From the IMG/VR virus record IMGVR_UViG_2731957577_000001, positions 32,001 through 96,000 of that record: a DNA stretch of 64,000 nucleotides; one strand, written 5' to 3'. Below the pieces are notes generated by a model. The model saw nothing but the letters and a program-made list of their open reading frames with translations. It did no database searches and was not told the origin of the DNA. Within the stretch, counting starts at the first letter, position 1; each line of letters opens with the position of its first letter. The DNA is from a virus (taxonomy: Duplodnaviria; Caudoviricetes). Positions 9,895-21,600 of the stretch are shown here, piece by piece. The position numbers were made by a program, and so were the translations under genes.

Positions 9895-12800
9895 TCTCAT
9901 ACTCTTGCCGAGTCAGTTGTGTCATCTCCGTGCCCAAGCAAGAACTGCTGGCACACGCCTTCAATTTGGAGTTAGATGATCAATCCATCGCGGAGACGCG
10001 AGATAGCGAAGACGTCGCTGACCTGCTCTTTGAAGGAAAGACGCTGCAGGATTTGTTTGAGCCGATGATTCAGGATTATGCGCAGCAATACGGATTGCAA
10101 CGCTCGGACATTGTGGTCACCAAGTATCTGGCCGTATCCGGCAATAAAGACGTTATGGTGGCCTTCAAAGGCGCCAGCGGCACCGATCTATTCGAGACCC
10201 AAGATGACTCCAAGGTTGTCATCGCATATTACCGGCCCAGCGCGAATCTCGGCTATGGGCTGGAGTTACATGAGTACCTCAGCCAACTTCCCAACAACAA
10301 ATATGCCTTGCGGGTCGGTAATCAAGTCCCAAACGGCGATGTGAACCTGGCCTATGTCTACACGCCGGATCTGGATTCGGACGCGAATGTGGCCTTGATT
10401 GATACGTCCTCGGTCTCCGACAACGTGATTCCGTTGGATCAGATGGAATCCATCGTCGTCCCTGATTCGACCGGGAAGCTGCAGTATGCATCGATTGTGT
10501 CCGAGAATGAACCGGTTGTTGTGCGGCCGCCATATGACATGTTTCCCTCCAAAGACTTTGTCCTGACTCGCCGGTTTGCGAACCATACCAAGTCCGTGGA
10601 CAATGCGTTGTTCTACAAATTCGAACTCAAATACCACTACGACAGCAAAACCGGCACACCTGGGCAGGTGACTCGATATACGGGTAGCGAGATTCAGATC
10701 ACCGATGAGAACGGGAATCCTCTCGGTGACGGGTTCAACTACCTGATTTACGCGCGCTGCATGGAAGGGAACCCGCATATTTACTGGGTCAAAATCTACA
10801 CGGCGTTCAACACGAATGAAGAGCAGACCTTCAAGGTTCTGTACAACCACGTGGATCAGGTCCTGCCCGATGACCAACTGACCACGACCCGCCAATCCGT
10901 GTTGTATTCCAACCAGCAGGGGAAGGCAATTCAAGGTGGCAAGCTGCGGATCATCAATGGCATGAGCGCCTATGAAGAAACGACAATGGATACGGTGAAA
11001 TCGGCCGATGAGACCCAAGAGGTCTATGCCATTGACGATCAGCCCCAGTACGATGGCTATCGGATCTATGTTCCGCAAAAATCGGAGTCCGATCCGCGCG
11101 GGCCCCAGATCTTCAGCTACAAACTGTCGGCTACTTATACCACGGCGGAGGGGACGGAGGAAACCTTCACCCTTGGCTGGATCACCGACTGGGTCCTCAA
11201 CCCAGAGGCTTTGCTGGAACATGAGAAGCCCGTGTTTGATGGGCAGTGGAAGAACATCGGGATCCAGGATGGTTCCAGTTTCTTGTCTGCCCAAAGTCTC
11301 ATTGGGATGGTTCTTCCGCATGGCATCGATCGATTGCCGTCCAATGCGGTTTATAAGATCGAAGACGCCGCGGGAAATCTTTTGTATACCACCGAGACGG
11401 CGCCGGATAACCCGAATGTTCAAACGGACGTGGACTCCTCCGGAGACAATCCGCCGCGCGCGTCCTATACGGGAACCCCCAAGTCCCCGTGGACCGAAGG
11501 CGATGATCCGAATACACGTCTGAAAAGTAATCCCATTCCGCATCAATGCACGGTATTTGCAGAGCATCAGCGACAAGAACTGGACTTTACCTGGCAAGCC
11601 AGTGGGACGGGCCTTCTCACCAAAACCAGCTTGTTTGAATCGCAATGGCAGGCGGTCGCACGACTCGAGGTCGTCAATGAGACCACGGAGAAAATGATCA
11701 AGGTCTTTGATGACTGGGATTATCTTGGCCCCAACTCCGGTATGAAGCGGTCTGACTGGAAATACGATGCCTCGAAAGATCAGTTGTACTGCACGTCCGA
11801 TGCCGTGGATATCGGGGCGTTTTACGAGAATACCAGTGACGCCAAAAAGCTATCGAACTACGTATGGTCCGCTACGGTGACGGTCAACGACCCTGGGGAT
11901 GATGATGTCATCGGCCTGATCTTCCGACTCAAGGACGCGAACCATTACTATATGTTCGCGTGGGAAAAGCAGACCATGAACACCTCGTCCTATAAGTATC
12001 CCGATGGGTCAACCAACCCCGTGGGGCGCATTTTGGTTTCCAGTAAGGGCGTTTCCCAGCTTATCTATGACTCGAAAGGCGCGAGCCACTCTCCGTATCT
12101 GACGACTAAGAGCTGGAGCGACTACATGAATGGATACGCCGGTGAGTCCTTTGGCTCGAAAAAAAAGCGCATTTTCAAGGCAAAGCCGGCGAGCGGGTCA
12201 AAATACAGCGCAGATAAAACCGGGAACAGCTATGTGGATGTGACCATTTACGACAGTACCTACAAAGGAACGGGGTGGGAGAAGAACACGAAATACCAGA
12301 TCGAAGTTCACTGCATCGGCGATTTTTTCAAGGTCTACATTAACGGTTCGTTGGTCCTGACCGCCCGGGACGCCGATTACGATGCGGGTACCTATGGGGT
12401 CATGGACATCTCCCAAAAAAGTGTGTACTGGTCGAGCCTAAAACTCACCCTGATTGATACGGACGTGGTGGTGTCCGAAGCCTTCCCGGTATCCTTGCCA
12501 TCGAATGCCCAGTACAAGCTCTCGACGCAACCCGTGTCTGCGATTATGGCCCCATATATCCAAACCTTTATGAAGCAGAACTATGGGTCGGAGACCTATC
12601 CGTACGATATTCTGGGCTATTCCGTGAACCCCGGACAGGATCTCATTTGCACCATTAAGAGCGATGGCTACGTGTATGGATATACCAACAGCCCCAAAGC
12701 GGCTGGTTCTGTCACGGTACCCTGGAGCACATCTGACAATGGACTTGACGTCGAGGGAACCGGTAAGGCGTTCTTCCAGCCGGACGGGACGTTCCGGTAC

Positions 12801-15008
12801 GTGCTGGAACCCGCTGTCTTGCCCGTGGACTTTGTGCCGAAGAATGTCGTGAACTTCCAGTGGACCCGGATCTGGATTACAGGTGGAGACAACGTGGCGT
12901 TATCCATTGGCCCCGATAACGAAGTGATTGCAAACGCGAGCCCACCACCGATTGAACCCATCGGCCGGCCGTACACCCTGACGGATCAGATTCTCAAGAA
13001 CGATGGCATCAAGACGTTGGCCAATGTCTTTGGTGACGGTGGAATCTACGAGCAGCTTGCGATCCCAAAAGATATTCCACAGAATGAGATTCTTCTGCGG
13101 ATCGAGCGAGGGGATGCAAACGGAAACAATAAAGAGTTCCGTGTCAACTACCGCTTCATGAGTACCCTCGATAGTACACGACGCTTTTGCATCGACCAAG
13201 CCAGCCACGGCGTCAACCGAATGAATGTTGGGTATGTGCTCTCCCAACTGGGCGACAATCCCCAAGTGGATCTCGTGGCCTGGACGACGTTTGAGGATCT
13301 CGAGGCGGTTCCGATCCTCGCCATTCAGCTCACGGACAACAAGAAGATTGAAACGGAAAAGCCAAGGGTCGAAAAGGCGTCGATGGAGATTTCGAACTGG
13401 TATCTGCGGATCAAAAACGGCCGAGTCAAACGAAGGATTCTGCTTCCGTACTATGAGGCCGAAGAGCGTGTGCCTCAGATCTACGTCTCGTATCCGCAAC
13501 TGATGGCCTATGCGCCAAAGGATCCGTCCGATACCGTCGAAGTGATTCTGGACTACACGATCCCGGAATACACAAATCAGGACTTCTACGACCGGCCCGT
13601 GATGTTTGTCGAGAATGAGCGGCCGCTCATCATCGATGAGACGACGATTCAAACCCGCTATGCACCGATTGTCCTGAGTTCCGAGACCGGGATCAGCTAT
13701 CTTGAGGTCGAAGCGCTCCACATGAACTACGGACGCATCCTACGGATTTCCGACGTCGACGCAGAGAAGGGAATCATCTATCTGTATGACCGGATCCGGG
13801 ATAATGATGATGTCGTCGTGCGCTATGCCTATCGGGAGGAATGGTACACCTACCGCGGATTTGAGCGTCAGAATCCGTCCACGGGCGACACGGTATTGTT
13901 CCACCTGGATCTGAATCCAAGCCCAGGACACCGCATTACCTTGGCGCAGGACGGATTTCACGAGTGGATTCCAGGAGACGTCCCGTTGCGGGAAGTCTAC
14001 ACAGAGCAAGAGCGCGAGAGCAATCAGATGCTGGTGCGGCAGATTCATGTGTACCTGCGGCCGACGGCCATCTGGCTCCCGGGCGCCAGCTCACCGATTG
14101 AAGGTACAACGAGGACGCAAGCGGTCTTCCATACCACTGAGGCCAACTGGTTCGATCCAAACGACTATCTGTATGACCCGACCATGCTGCGTTTGGCGAA
14201 AGTATCCGTACAGGCCAACTCGCGGATCGACAAGGACATGATCGTTCTCGATACGCGTTCCCGTGGCGGTGGACTCGACGAGGCTCTCTCCAACGACATC
14301 ATCGCTGCCGTCAACAAAGAGTCACTGTATCACTGGGACATCGGATTCTTTGATGGGGAGGCGTATCAGGAAAATGGCGTCATGATTATCCGGTTGCCGC
14401 GTTCGATTCTCAAGACCGAATCGAACCCAAACGGGTTTACCGAGTCTCAAGTACAGGCGGTCGTTGCAAAACACAAGGCTTTCGGTGTGCTTCCGATTAT
14501 CGAGTTCTACAGTGACGCCGAAAACGATCTGAACGTGATTGGAAATCCTGAATTCTCCTATGGGGAACATGTAGACCAGTACAACAAAGACCTAAGTTAT
14601 GGCGTTTACCAGATTGAGCAATCCAGTGATGACGTGACATCTAACTGGGTGTTACGGATTATTGACGACGCTCGTTACGGAGTTTCCATTCCAGGGTACC
14701 GCCTTACCTATAGCACATACGACATCATCGTCCGCGCGCGCTTGGACAATGGTGCCCAACCTCGAAAGGCCGGCGTGCTGCAGATCACAAAGACGGATGG
14801 GTCCACCGAAACGGTGCTGATGCCAACCGTCAACAGCACGTCGTGGGACTCGTATGTCACAGTCATTCCGATCGATCAAGCCATCGATCGAGTGGACCTG
14901 ATCCTCGGTGGAGGTCAGGATGTCACCGAAGACCTCTTGATTGACTCCATTCGCGTCGAACCCGTGTACAACGTAGACGAGACCCAAATGGAGGTTCATG
15001 ATGTGTAG
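9891..15008 (+). CDS. Large (1705 aa) baseplate/appendage structural protein with TSP_C-like domain and C-terminal CBM-like beta domain
   Basis: GDDDVIGLIFRLKDANHYYMFAWE motif near 11898; beta-rich acidic composition; structural operon context. Confidence 0.6.
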   Translation: MISYSCRVSCVISVPKQELLAHAFNLELDDQSIAETRDSEDVADLLFEGKTLQDLFEPMIQDYAQQYGLQRSDIVVTKYLAVSGNKDVMVAFKGASGTDLFETQDDSKVVIAYYRPSANLGYGLELHEYLSQLPNNKYALRVGNQVPNGDVNLAYVYTPDLDSDANVALIDTSSVSDNVIPLDQMESIVVPDSTGKLQYASIVSENEPVVVRPPYDMFPSKDFVLTRRFANHTKSVDNALFYKFELKYHYDSKTGTPGQVTRYTGSEIQITDENGNPLGDGFNYLIYARCMEGNPHIYWVKIYTAFNTNEEQTFKVLYNHVDQVLPDDQLTTTRQSVLYSNQQGKAIQGGKLRIINGMSAYEETTMDTVKSADETQEVYAIDDQPQYDGYRIYVPQKSESDPRGPQIFSYKLSATYTTAEGTEETFTLGWITDWVLNPEALLEHEKPVFDGQWKNIGIQDGSSFLSAQSLIGMVLPHGIDRLPSNAVYKIEDAAGNLLYTTETAPDNPNVQTDVDSSGDNPPRASYTGTPKSPWTEGDDPNTRLKSNPIPHQCTVFAEHQRQELDFTWQASGTGLLTKTSLFESQWQAVARLEVVNETTEKMIKVFDDWDYLGPNSGMKRSDWKYDASKDQLYCTSDAVDIGAFYENTSDAKKLSNYVWSATVTVNDPGDDDVIGLIFRLKDANHYYMFAWEKQTMNTSSYKYPDGSTNPVGRILVSSKGVSQLIYDSKGASHSPYLTTKSWSDYMNGYAGESFGSKKKRIFKAKPASGSKYSADKTGNSYVDVTIYDSTYKGTGWEKNTKYQIEVHCIGDFFKVYINGSLVLTARDADYDAGTYGVMDISQKSVYWSSLKLTLIDTDVVVSEAFPVSLPSNAQYKLSTQPVSAIMAPYIQTFMKQNYGSETYPYDILGYSVNPGQDLICTIKSDGYVYGYTNSPKAAGSVTVPWSTSDNGLDVEGTGKAFFQPDGTFRYVLEPAVLPVDFVPKNVVNFQWTRIWITGGDNVALSIGPDNEVIANASPPPIEPIGRPYTLTDQILKNDGIKTLANVFGDGGIYEQLAIPKDIPQNEILLRIERGDANGNNKEFRVNYRFMSTLDSTRRFCIDQASHGVNRMNVGYVLSQLGDNPQVDLVAWTTFEDLEAVPILAIQLTDNKKIETEKPRVEKASMEISNWYLRIKNGRVKRRILLPYYEAEERVPQIYVSYPQLMAYAPKDPSDTVEVILDYTIPEYTNQDFYDRPVMFVENERPLIIDETTIQTRYAPIVLSSETGISYLEVEALHMNYGRILRISDVDAEKGIIYLYDRIRDNDDVVVRYAYREEWYTYRGFERQNPSTGDTVLFHLDLNPSPGHRITLAQDGFHEWIPGDVPLREVYTEQERESNQMLVRQIHVYLRPTAIWLPGASSPIEGTTRTQAVFHTTEANWFDPNDYLYDPTMLRLAKVSVQANSRIDKDMIVLDTRSRGGGLDEALSNDIIAAVNKESLYHWDIGFFDGEAYQENGVMIIRLPRSILKTESNPNGFTESQVQAVVAKHKAFGVLPIIEFYSDAENDLNVIGNPEFSYGEHVDQYNKDLSYGVYQIEQSSDDVTSNWVLRIIDDARYGVSIPGYRLTYSTYDIIVRARLDNGAQPRKAGVLQITKTDGSTETVLMPTVNSTSWDSYVTVIPIDQAIDRVDLILGGGQDVTEDLLIDSIRVEPVYNVDETQMEVHDV

Positions 15009-15017
15009 TTATTTATG

Positions 15018-15031
15018 TGTAATGCTTTTCA
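15018..15031. promoter_or_regulatory. Putative operator (degenerate TGTAATGCATTACA box) just upstream of extended -10 TGaTAGAAT
   Basis: TGTAATGCTTTTCA, 2 mismatches to the palindrome; -10-like element at 15035-15040. Confidence 0.45.
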
Positions 15032-15041
15032 TGATAGAATA

Positions 15042-15076
15042 GGCTCATGTCGAGACTGGCATGAGCCATTTTGTTT
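15042..15076 (+). terminator. Intrinsic terminator after the 1705-aa gene
   Basis: GGCTCATG...CATGAGCC stem then ATTTTGTTT. Confidence 0.6.
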
Positions 15077-15131
15077 CCATCGAGAACTCGGAATCTATAG
15101 ACCCCTGAATTCGTATAAGGAGGTGTAACCG

Positions 15132-16190
15132 ATGCCCGTCACGAGTTCCTCGCAACTGATTCCGTTTGTGAACAGCCTGGAATCTCGAATCAACACGATG
15201 CAAGATGCCTTTAATAGTTGGCAGCAGAATAAGTCCGCCATTCTGTCCGCATTACCTCAAATCGATGCCAATCGCGTCAGCTCGCTCAGCGCGCTGGTGA
15301 AAGCTGAGGATGCCTTGGCGGAAATCAACACGGCGACATTTAATGTGGCCGCGGCAAAGGGCCAGAAGCTCAAAAAGGTCATCGATGACCTAAAGCAACA
15401 GTGTATTGAGGCCGCCCAGAATGCCACCGGCAAGATCGATCCGAGGTTTGCCGATGAGATCGACAATGCGATCTCGGAAGTCGACAGTGTGGTGGCCGAT
15501 GGCCTCAAACTTGATTATCGACTTCGAAAGATTCAAGAACTCGGCCAGACCGCGCTGGATACCTCGAACTCGGTCTTTGCCAAGGAACTCATCGTCCCGC
15601 AGGTTTGGGATATCGGAACGCCCGTCACAGATACCACATTGAATGTACAGGGGGATCCCGGTGTCGAGTTTATCAGCGGCGATGTGACCGTTCTTGATGA
15701 AGACGGCAATGCGATGTTGGATGAATCCGGGCAGCTCATCACTGGCACCATTGACGAGTCCGGCACCATTATGCTTTCCGCGGCTCCAGGTGACACTTGC
15801 AAATTGTACTATCCCGTTCGACTTCATTTTAGCGACATTCCAGATGACTTTTTGTACTTGTTCATGCAGATGGTCGTCGCCAAGAACAGCCCACTCATGC
15901 AGCAGATTCTTCAGTTTGAAAAGACGCTGGACAGTATTGCGGCAGACATTCAGGCGATGAAGGGGCAAGATTGGACGATTGATCACTCCATCATGGACAA
16001 CTATCGAGACATCGTGAAGGAGAGCATTACCCCGAAAGGCCTCACCATCACAGTTCAAGATGGGATTGTCCATACAACCTTCTCGTACAATGACCATCCG
16101 CTCCTCGATCATTTCGTGTTACAACGCTGGAATGAAGACGCAAAAACCTGGGAGCCGTATGACGGCGCGGACGGTATTGTCAGCAAGTAA
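15132..16190 (+). CDS. Hypothetical structural protein (N-terminal coiled coil, beta-rich middle)
   Basis: AAGGAGGTG RBS; 352-aa ORF in structural operon. Confidence 0.6.
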   Translation: MPVTSSSQLIPFVNSLESRINTMQDAFNSWQQNKSAILSALPQIDANRVSSLSALVKAEDALAEINTATFNVAAAKGQKLKKVIDDLKQQCIEAAQNATGKIDPRFADEIDNAISEVDSVVADGLKLDYRLRKIQELGQTALDTSNSVFAKELIVPQVWDIGTPVTDTTLNVQGDPGVEFISGDVTVLDEDGNAMLDESGQLITGTIDESGTIMLSAAPGDTCKLYYPVRLHFSDIPDDFLYLFMQMVVAKNSPLMQQILQFEKTLDSIAADIQAMKGQDWTIDHSIMDNYRDIVKESITPKGLTITVQDGIVHTTFSYNDHPLLDHFVLQRWNEDAKTWEPYDGADGIVSK

Positions 16191-16229
16191 GACAGCCTCG
16201 TGCTGTCTTGGTACATAGGAGGGACGAAT

Positions 16230-18680
16230 ATGGCCAGTTACCTCGATCAATTCATGCTGACGATGCCCGCCACTCAGCGCCAAAAGCTGCTGGAACTGCT
16301 GCAACTCAAACAGCAATTGGGTTACATCAAGTCGGAGTACGAACTGCAACTGGAACTGGATAATCTTCTCAAGCAGCTGGACGCGCGCGACGGAAAGCCG
16401 ACGTTTCAAGCCAGAACCCAGTCTGGCATTACAAATTCGACAGCGTACAACCAGAACTTTGAGGAGATCGCCTTTGACCTCAATGTTCTCTTTGGGGCAT
16501 CGGATACCATTGACCGTCTCTTACGAGACAACCAGCTCCTCTCGCGAGCTGCCCTATCGGACATCCGCAAACAAATCTTTGCGATGCAATCGAAACTCGA
16601 GCAGCTCAAACTCACGATGAAAAACACCGATGGATTCGTCCAAGGTGTCCATGAACAATTCAACGTGCCGCAGTACACGGAGACCGACGAACAAACCCTG
16701 AGCCTCCTTCGACAAGACCGATTTGGCCAACCCGTGCCGGCGATCTATAACGCTCAGGTGGTCGGCGGCGCCCTGCAGCTGGCGTCTTCCGAGAGCTTTG
16801 ATGCCCTGCGAACAGCGTATGGCAGCAACATCGCGACGATTAAAGTCCGCAACCGCGTCGGCCCTGTGGCCACGGATAACAGTCATCCCGTGGAATACGC
16901 CATTGACGGCAGTACCGAAAGCTATTGGGCGGAAGCGGTATTGGTCGATGCGCCCATCCAACAGGACATCAGCAATCTATGGAGCCATGACTATCACGAC
17001 TATCCGAAGGACGGGGCACTCTGCGAACTGGAGATTGATCTTGGCGGCATTACGACCGTCTCGGAGATCACCTTTGATCCGTATTGCGCCTATCCGCTTG
17101 AGGTCGTTGCGATACACGGATATGAGTCGACGGATTATGATGGCCAGATGTACGAGCTCATTTCACCGACGCACCCGAATCCGTACCAGCGAAGCCAAAG
17201 CTCAACGACAGAGATGACCTTCCAGTTCCCATCCGTGGACATCTCCAAGATTCGGATTCTCCTTCGTCAGGAGAACTATGTGAAGGTCAACTACATCGTG
17301 AGCCAGGATCAGGTCAATGACATGCAACTCTGGAACCAGATTGCCCAGTCGGATGCGTCAACCACGATTCCGGACAAGGCAGCGCCGGGGCAGACGGTCG
17401 CAGAGTTTGATCAGGTCAACCAGATTACCGGTTGGAACACCTATCTGAATGCCCTCGAACAGTGGGCGTCTCAACAAGGAGACAAAGCCTCGAACCTGAT
17501 TCAGTCTGCGCGGACCGCGATGAATGTCATTCGAACGGGGAACTATCAGAACCCAATGGCCCTGACACTCCGCGCAGTGGATCCCAATGCGACCCTGCCT
17601 TCGGATCCCGAGCTCCAGAAGTCCTGGGTCCCCGTCTCAAAACTTGAGTATCTGTACGGCGCCTATGACATCAGTATCAACGGCCGGCAGTACGAAAGCA
17701 TGTCGGTCTACGTGTCAAAGCCGTTGCCGTTGCCTGGCAACATCAAGAACATCAGCATCGATACCCAGGAAAAGCATTACGACATTCCGATGGATCAAGG
17801 AGACCAGGCCCGAATTACGGACATTGAATACTACATTACGTACAAGAAGAATCCAGACGTGGAAGCCTGGAAACCGATTCTTCCGATCAGCAAAGAGTAC
17901 GTAGTCGGGGAGTTGTTACTCGGCCGAAGCAGTGATGTCGACTATCCAGAGCTTTCCGGAACCATGTGGTTTACTCTTCGGTTCCCGGCCATCTCGGCGG
18001 ACACCGTGGCTGTGCGTCGGAATGGCTCACCCATGGACAGCATGACCTACGTCTTGTCGGATGACGGCAAGGCGCTGGGAATCTACCCACAATATTATTC
18101 GGCCTCAAGTATCTATACCGTCGATTACAAACCCGCCGATTCGGCCTACGTCGTGAGCCTGGACGCGTCTTCAGGCGTTGAACCAGTCCAATTCATCAAC
18201 GACAACGGCGATACCGGGGAGTTCTTTGAGACGGTGGACGGAGACAACACGGTGACGCTCAAGCATGAGCCATTCATCTACCGCAGTGATCTCTTTACCT
18301 ACGACCAAGACGCGGCCTTATACACCCAGGATGATTCCAAGCTGAGTCCAGCGAACCCGTATTACTCGGTGCGCGTGATGGTCAACGGGGTGGAGTACGA
18401 GAACATCACCGACTACACCACCGGCACCTTTGACCGAGAAAAGCTGCAGACGGCCAATGGCGGCAAGTGTTTTGCGCAGATCGGAAACAAGATTTACTTC
18501 CCGACGGGCCAGCAACTCACCAACATCGTGGTGGACTACTTCTACTTGACCACAGACATCCGGCTCAAAGCGATTCTTCGACGCAATGCGGCCGGCTACG
18601 AAAGCGTCACGCCGGCACTGTATGAGTACAGTGTCCGCTGCCAGACCTATGACCAGGCCGTGAAGGACTTGTTGACGTAA
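16230..18680 (+). CDS. Virion appendage protein, paralog 1 (coiled coil plus discoidin-like domain)
   Basis: AGGAGGG RBS then ATG 16230; KPTFQAR...S.AYNQNFEEIAFDL motif; AIDGSTESYW motif. Confidence 0.6.
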   Translation: MASYLDQFMLTMPATQRQKLLELLQLKQQLGYIKSEYELQLELDNLLKQLDARDGKPTFQARTQSGITNSTAYNQNFEEIAFDLNVLFGASDTIDRLLRDNQLLSRAALSDIRKQIFAMQSKLEQLKLTMKNTDGFVQGVHEQFNVPQYTETDEQTLSLLRQDRFGQPVPAIYNAQVVGGALQLASSESFDALRTAYGSNIATIKVRNRVGPVATDNSHPVEYAIDGSTESYWAEAVLVDAPIQQDISNLWSHDYHDYPKDGALCELEIDLGGITTVSEITFDPYCAYPLEVVAIHGYESTDYDGQMYELISPTHPNPYQRSQSSTTEMTFQFPSVDISKIRILLRQENYVKVNYIVSQDQVNDMQLWNQIAQSDASTTIPDKAAPGQTVAEFDQVNQITGWNTYLNALEQWASQQGDKASNLIQSARTAMNVIRTGNYQNPMALTLRAVDPNATLPSDPELQKSWVPVSKLEYLYGAYDISINGRQYESMSVYVSKPLPLPGNIKNISIDTQEKHYDIPMDQGDQARITDIEYYITYKKNPDVEAWKPILPISKEYVVGELLLGRSSDVDYPELSGTMWFTLRFPAISADTVAVRRNGSPMDSMTYVLSDDGKALGIYPQYYSASSIYTVDYKPADSAYVVSLDASSGVEPVQFINDNGDTGEFFETVDGDNTVTLKHEPFIYRSDLFTYDQDAALYTQDDSKLSPANPYYSVRVMVNGVEYENITDYTTGTFDREKLQTANGGKCFAQIGNKIYFPTGQQLTNIVVDYFYLTTDIRLKAILRRNAAGYESVTPALYEYSVRCQTYDQAVKDLLT

Positions 18681-18694
18681 CGGGAGGTTTCATC

Positions 18695-21600
18695 ATGCCA
18701 CTGACGCAGCCGCTCCAAAACGATTCGCAGATGCTTTATCTGCAAGCCAAGTACCAGTTCGAGAAAGCCCAACAGGCCTTTCAGGACGGCACGATCAAAA
18801 CGGAAAAAGGACTGATTCAGGCTGTCTTCAAGGCCTTTCAGGATTTTTTCTTGAGTCTTGGAAAACCGATGTTGACTCCAAGGTACGCGGTTGATGGCGG
18901 ACCGCCCATCTCCGATGACTATAACCAAATGATGCAGGAGATCCTTCAAGACCTCACCCTTTTGTATCAAGAGGTCGATATCCTCGGCCGCGGCCTGTAT
19001 ACCGACTTTAACTACAACCAAGTACAGGCCGGACAGCTCAAGGCCAAGTTCGATGAGGTCAGCGACAAACTGAAGGATCTCGAACTCCTCAGTGGCACAT
19101 CGGCGGACGATGCAACCATTGTTCAGTTCCGGGAGAACTTCACGAACTCCAACGACATCGACTTCGACCGCATTATGACGGAGCCTGCGACCATTGAGAA
19201 TGGCACCGTCACGCTCAAGGCGGTCAATACGGAGAATCTGAGTCCCAATGCGACCGTCACGATCGTCGTGGGCGACGAAACCTACACCAACTTTATTATC
19301 GGCTCGGATTCCAATGGGTTTCCCGGCAACAACGCAGAAGTCACGGTTCAACCCGGAAGCTCCCTCACGGGGACCGACAATCAATACACGTTCCTGGGTG
19401 AGAAGGACAATCACGGAAACTACGGGGCCGTGCTCGATGGAAACTCGAACACCTGGTTTGAGTACGAACTGAATAACCTGCGCGACCAAGAAGCCATTCG
19501 GGTAGCCAAAAACCTAGGCTGGGATTACCAAGTGAGCGGCAACCAAACCATTCGCTGGGCCAGAGATCCCGACAATGGCGCGCTGCGGCTCCATTTGCAG
19601 ATCGTTCTCGATGAAGTGACACAGATCAACCACATCAACATCAACATGTACACACCGCCGAACTACGGCGCACAGCCGGCTATTGTGAAAAACATCCTGG
19701 TGTCCGATGGCGTCAGCGCCCCACAGTCGGTGCTGAGTCCCGACAAAAAGGATACGGACTACAGCTTTTACTTTGCGCCGATCAAAGCCAAAACGATCTC
19801 CATTCTCTTTGAGCAGCCGACAAAGTATTACACCGACCTGGGCCACATTTATTACCGGAAGAAAGATTCCAACCAGGACACGGTTCAATATGCCATTACC
19901 CAGGGCGGCCAGCCACCACAAGACATGATCCAGCGGGTGGATGGTCCGCTCATCTCCATCGAAGATCTCGGCGTCACGGTGACGGATACAGGAGCGTCTG
20001 TGTCGACGTACTATCCCATGAAAGGGCCGGAGTCCAATGGATATTCCATCGGGGACATCCTGACGGACCTGACAAGGCGCGTACAGGAAGAAGACATCGA
20101 CATTGGCGTGGAGCGATTCGAAGGATACCGCTACTGCATTGGCATTCGAGACATTGAGATTTACTCGTTCCAATACGAGCAGCAAGGCGAGATTGTCTCC
20201 AAACCATATTACTTTGAACAGCCGTTGCAAAAGGTGGCTCTCTCTGTGGACGAGGTGTTGCCCGATGCCTTTGGTGAGGATGCGGATTCGTATCTGCAAT
20301 ATTTCATCAGCATCGACGACGGCGCTACTTGGTATCCGATCACCCCTCTGGAACGGTCCATCACGGGTGTGACCGGGGGAGAGGAAGGACCGCCACCGAA
20401 AATCTATACGATTGAACAGGTCGATTCACCGGATCAAAGCATCACAAAACCTGGCTACATTGAGACCCAGTATCCGGTCTATAGTCTTCGTGTACGGTGT
20501 CTATTGTCTCGTCCGGGAGATGCAGCGTCGAGCAACTCGGTTCAGCAATTTGGCGATGGCTCGGATGACCTGACCTTTGCCACGCCGATTCTCAAAGGCT
20601 ATACCGTGAAGGGATATATCCAGGGACAGGTCAGCGACTCTGCGGCCTCTCACTTGATTGCCCAAGCTCCCGATCAAGTCGATCCATACCCAAGCGACGA
20701 TGACACGCCGTTTTTCCCGAGCGGCTCTGACAACAACAATGGTGGTAGTGACACAGGCGGTGGCGCAGGGGGAACGGGAGGCACAGGCGGTGTTGGAGGG
20801 ATCGGTGGCACGGGAGACACTGGCGATACCGGTGGCCCTGGAACCGGTGGGTCGGGAGGCAGCGGAAGCACCGGTGATTCTGGAGGAAGCGGTGGAAGCG
20901 GCGGCGACACCGGAGGAAACACGGGCAACAACGGAGATTCAGGCTCCGGTGGATCCGATGGATCAGGTGGATCGGGTGGATCCGGAAGTTCCGGGAGCGG
21001 AGAAGATACCGAGAATCCGACCCTGCGAGTGGTCATCGACAACAAAAACGAGCAGCAGTGCATCGAGGATCCACTAACGGTATCAGGAACAGTGGAAACG
21101 TCAAAGCCGCTGGACAAGATCGTCCTGATCATCAATGGATCCGTGGAGCAAACCAACGACAACCCAGATAGCGGGACGGAGGTGCCCTTCCAGTTTCAAT
21201 TTCCTTTGGATGACTTCTCGGCTGGCGATTCTATTGCGGTTGAAGTCAAAGCCTTTGATAACGTCGGGAATACTGCCGAAGATGACTACGTACTTACGCT
21301 GGAAGATTGCAGTCAGGATGGAGGCCAACAAGTCCGAGACTGCTTGCTCTACAGCGCGCTCGTCATTCATTACTTCAACCCCGTCACGGGGTCCATCGAA
21401 GTCGCCAATGTTCCGATGTCGTGGCTGCCGTATGAGATCGACAATGGCGCCGGCGTGAAAGCCACATTTGCCTTTAATCAGTCTCTCAACGGCATTGTGG
21501 CCATGATTACGGATGGATACGACACCACCGGCTATGCATTCCCCTTGTGGGCAGTCGGCGTCGAATACCTGGATGAATACAACGACCAAAAGACGTCTTG

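Noticed and set aside
20674-21162. Pro-rich minus-strand ORF
   Set aside because: Antisense shadow of the Gly/Ser linker in the 1650-aa gene
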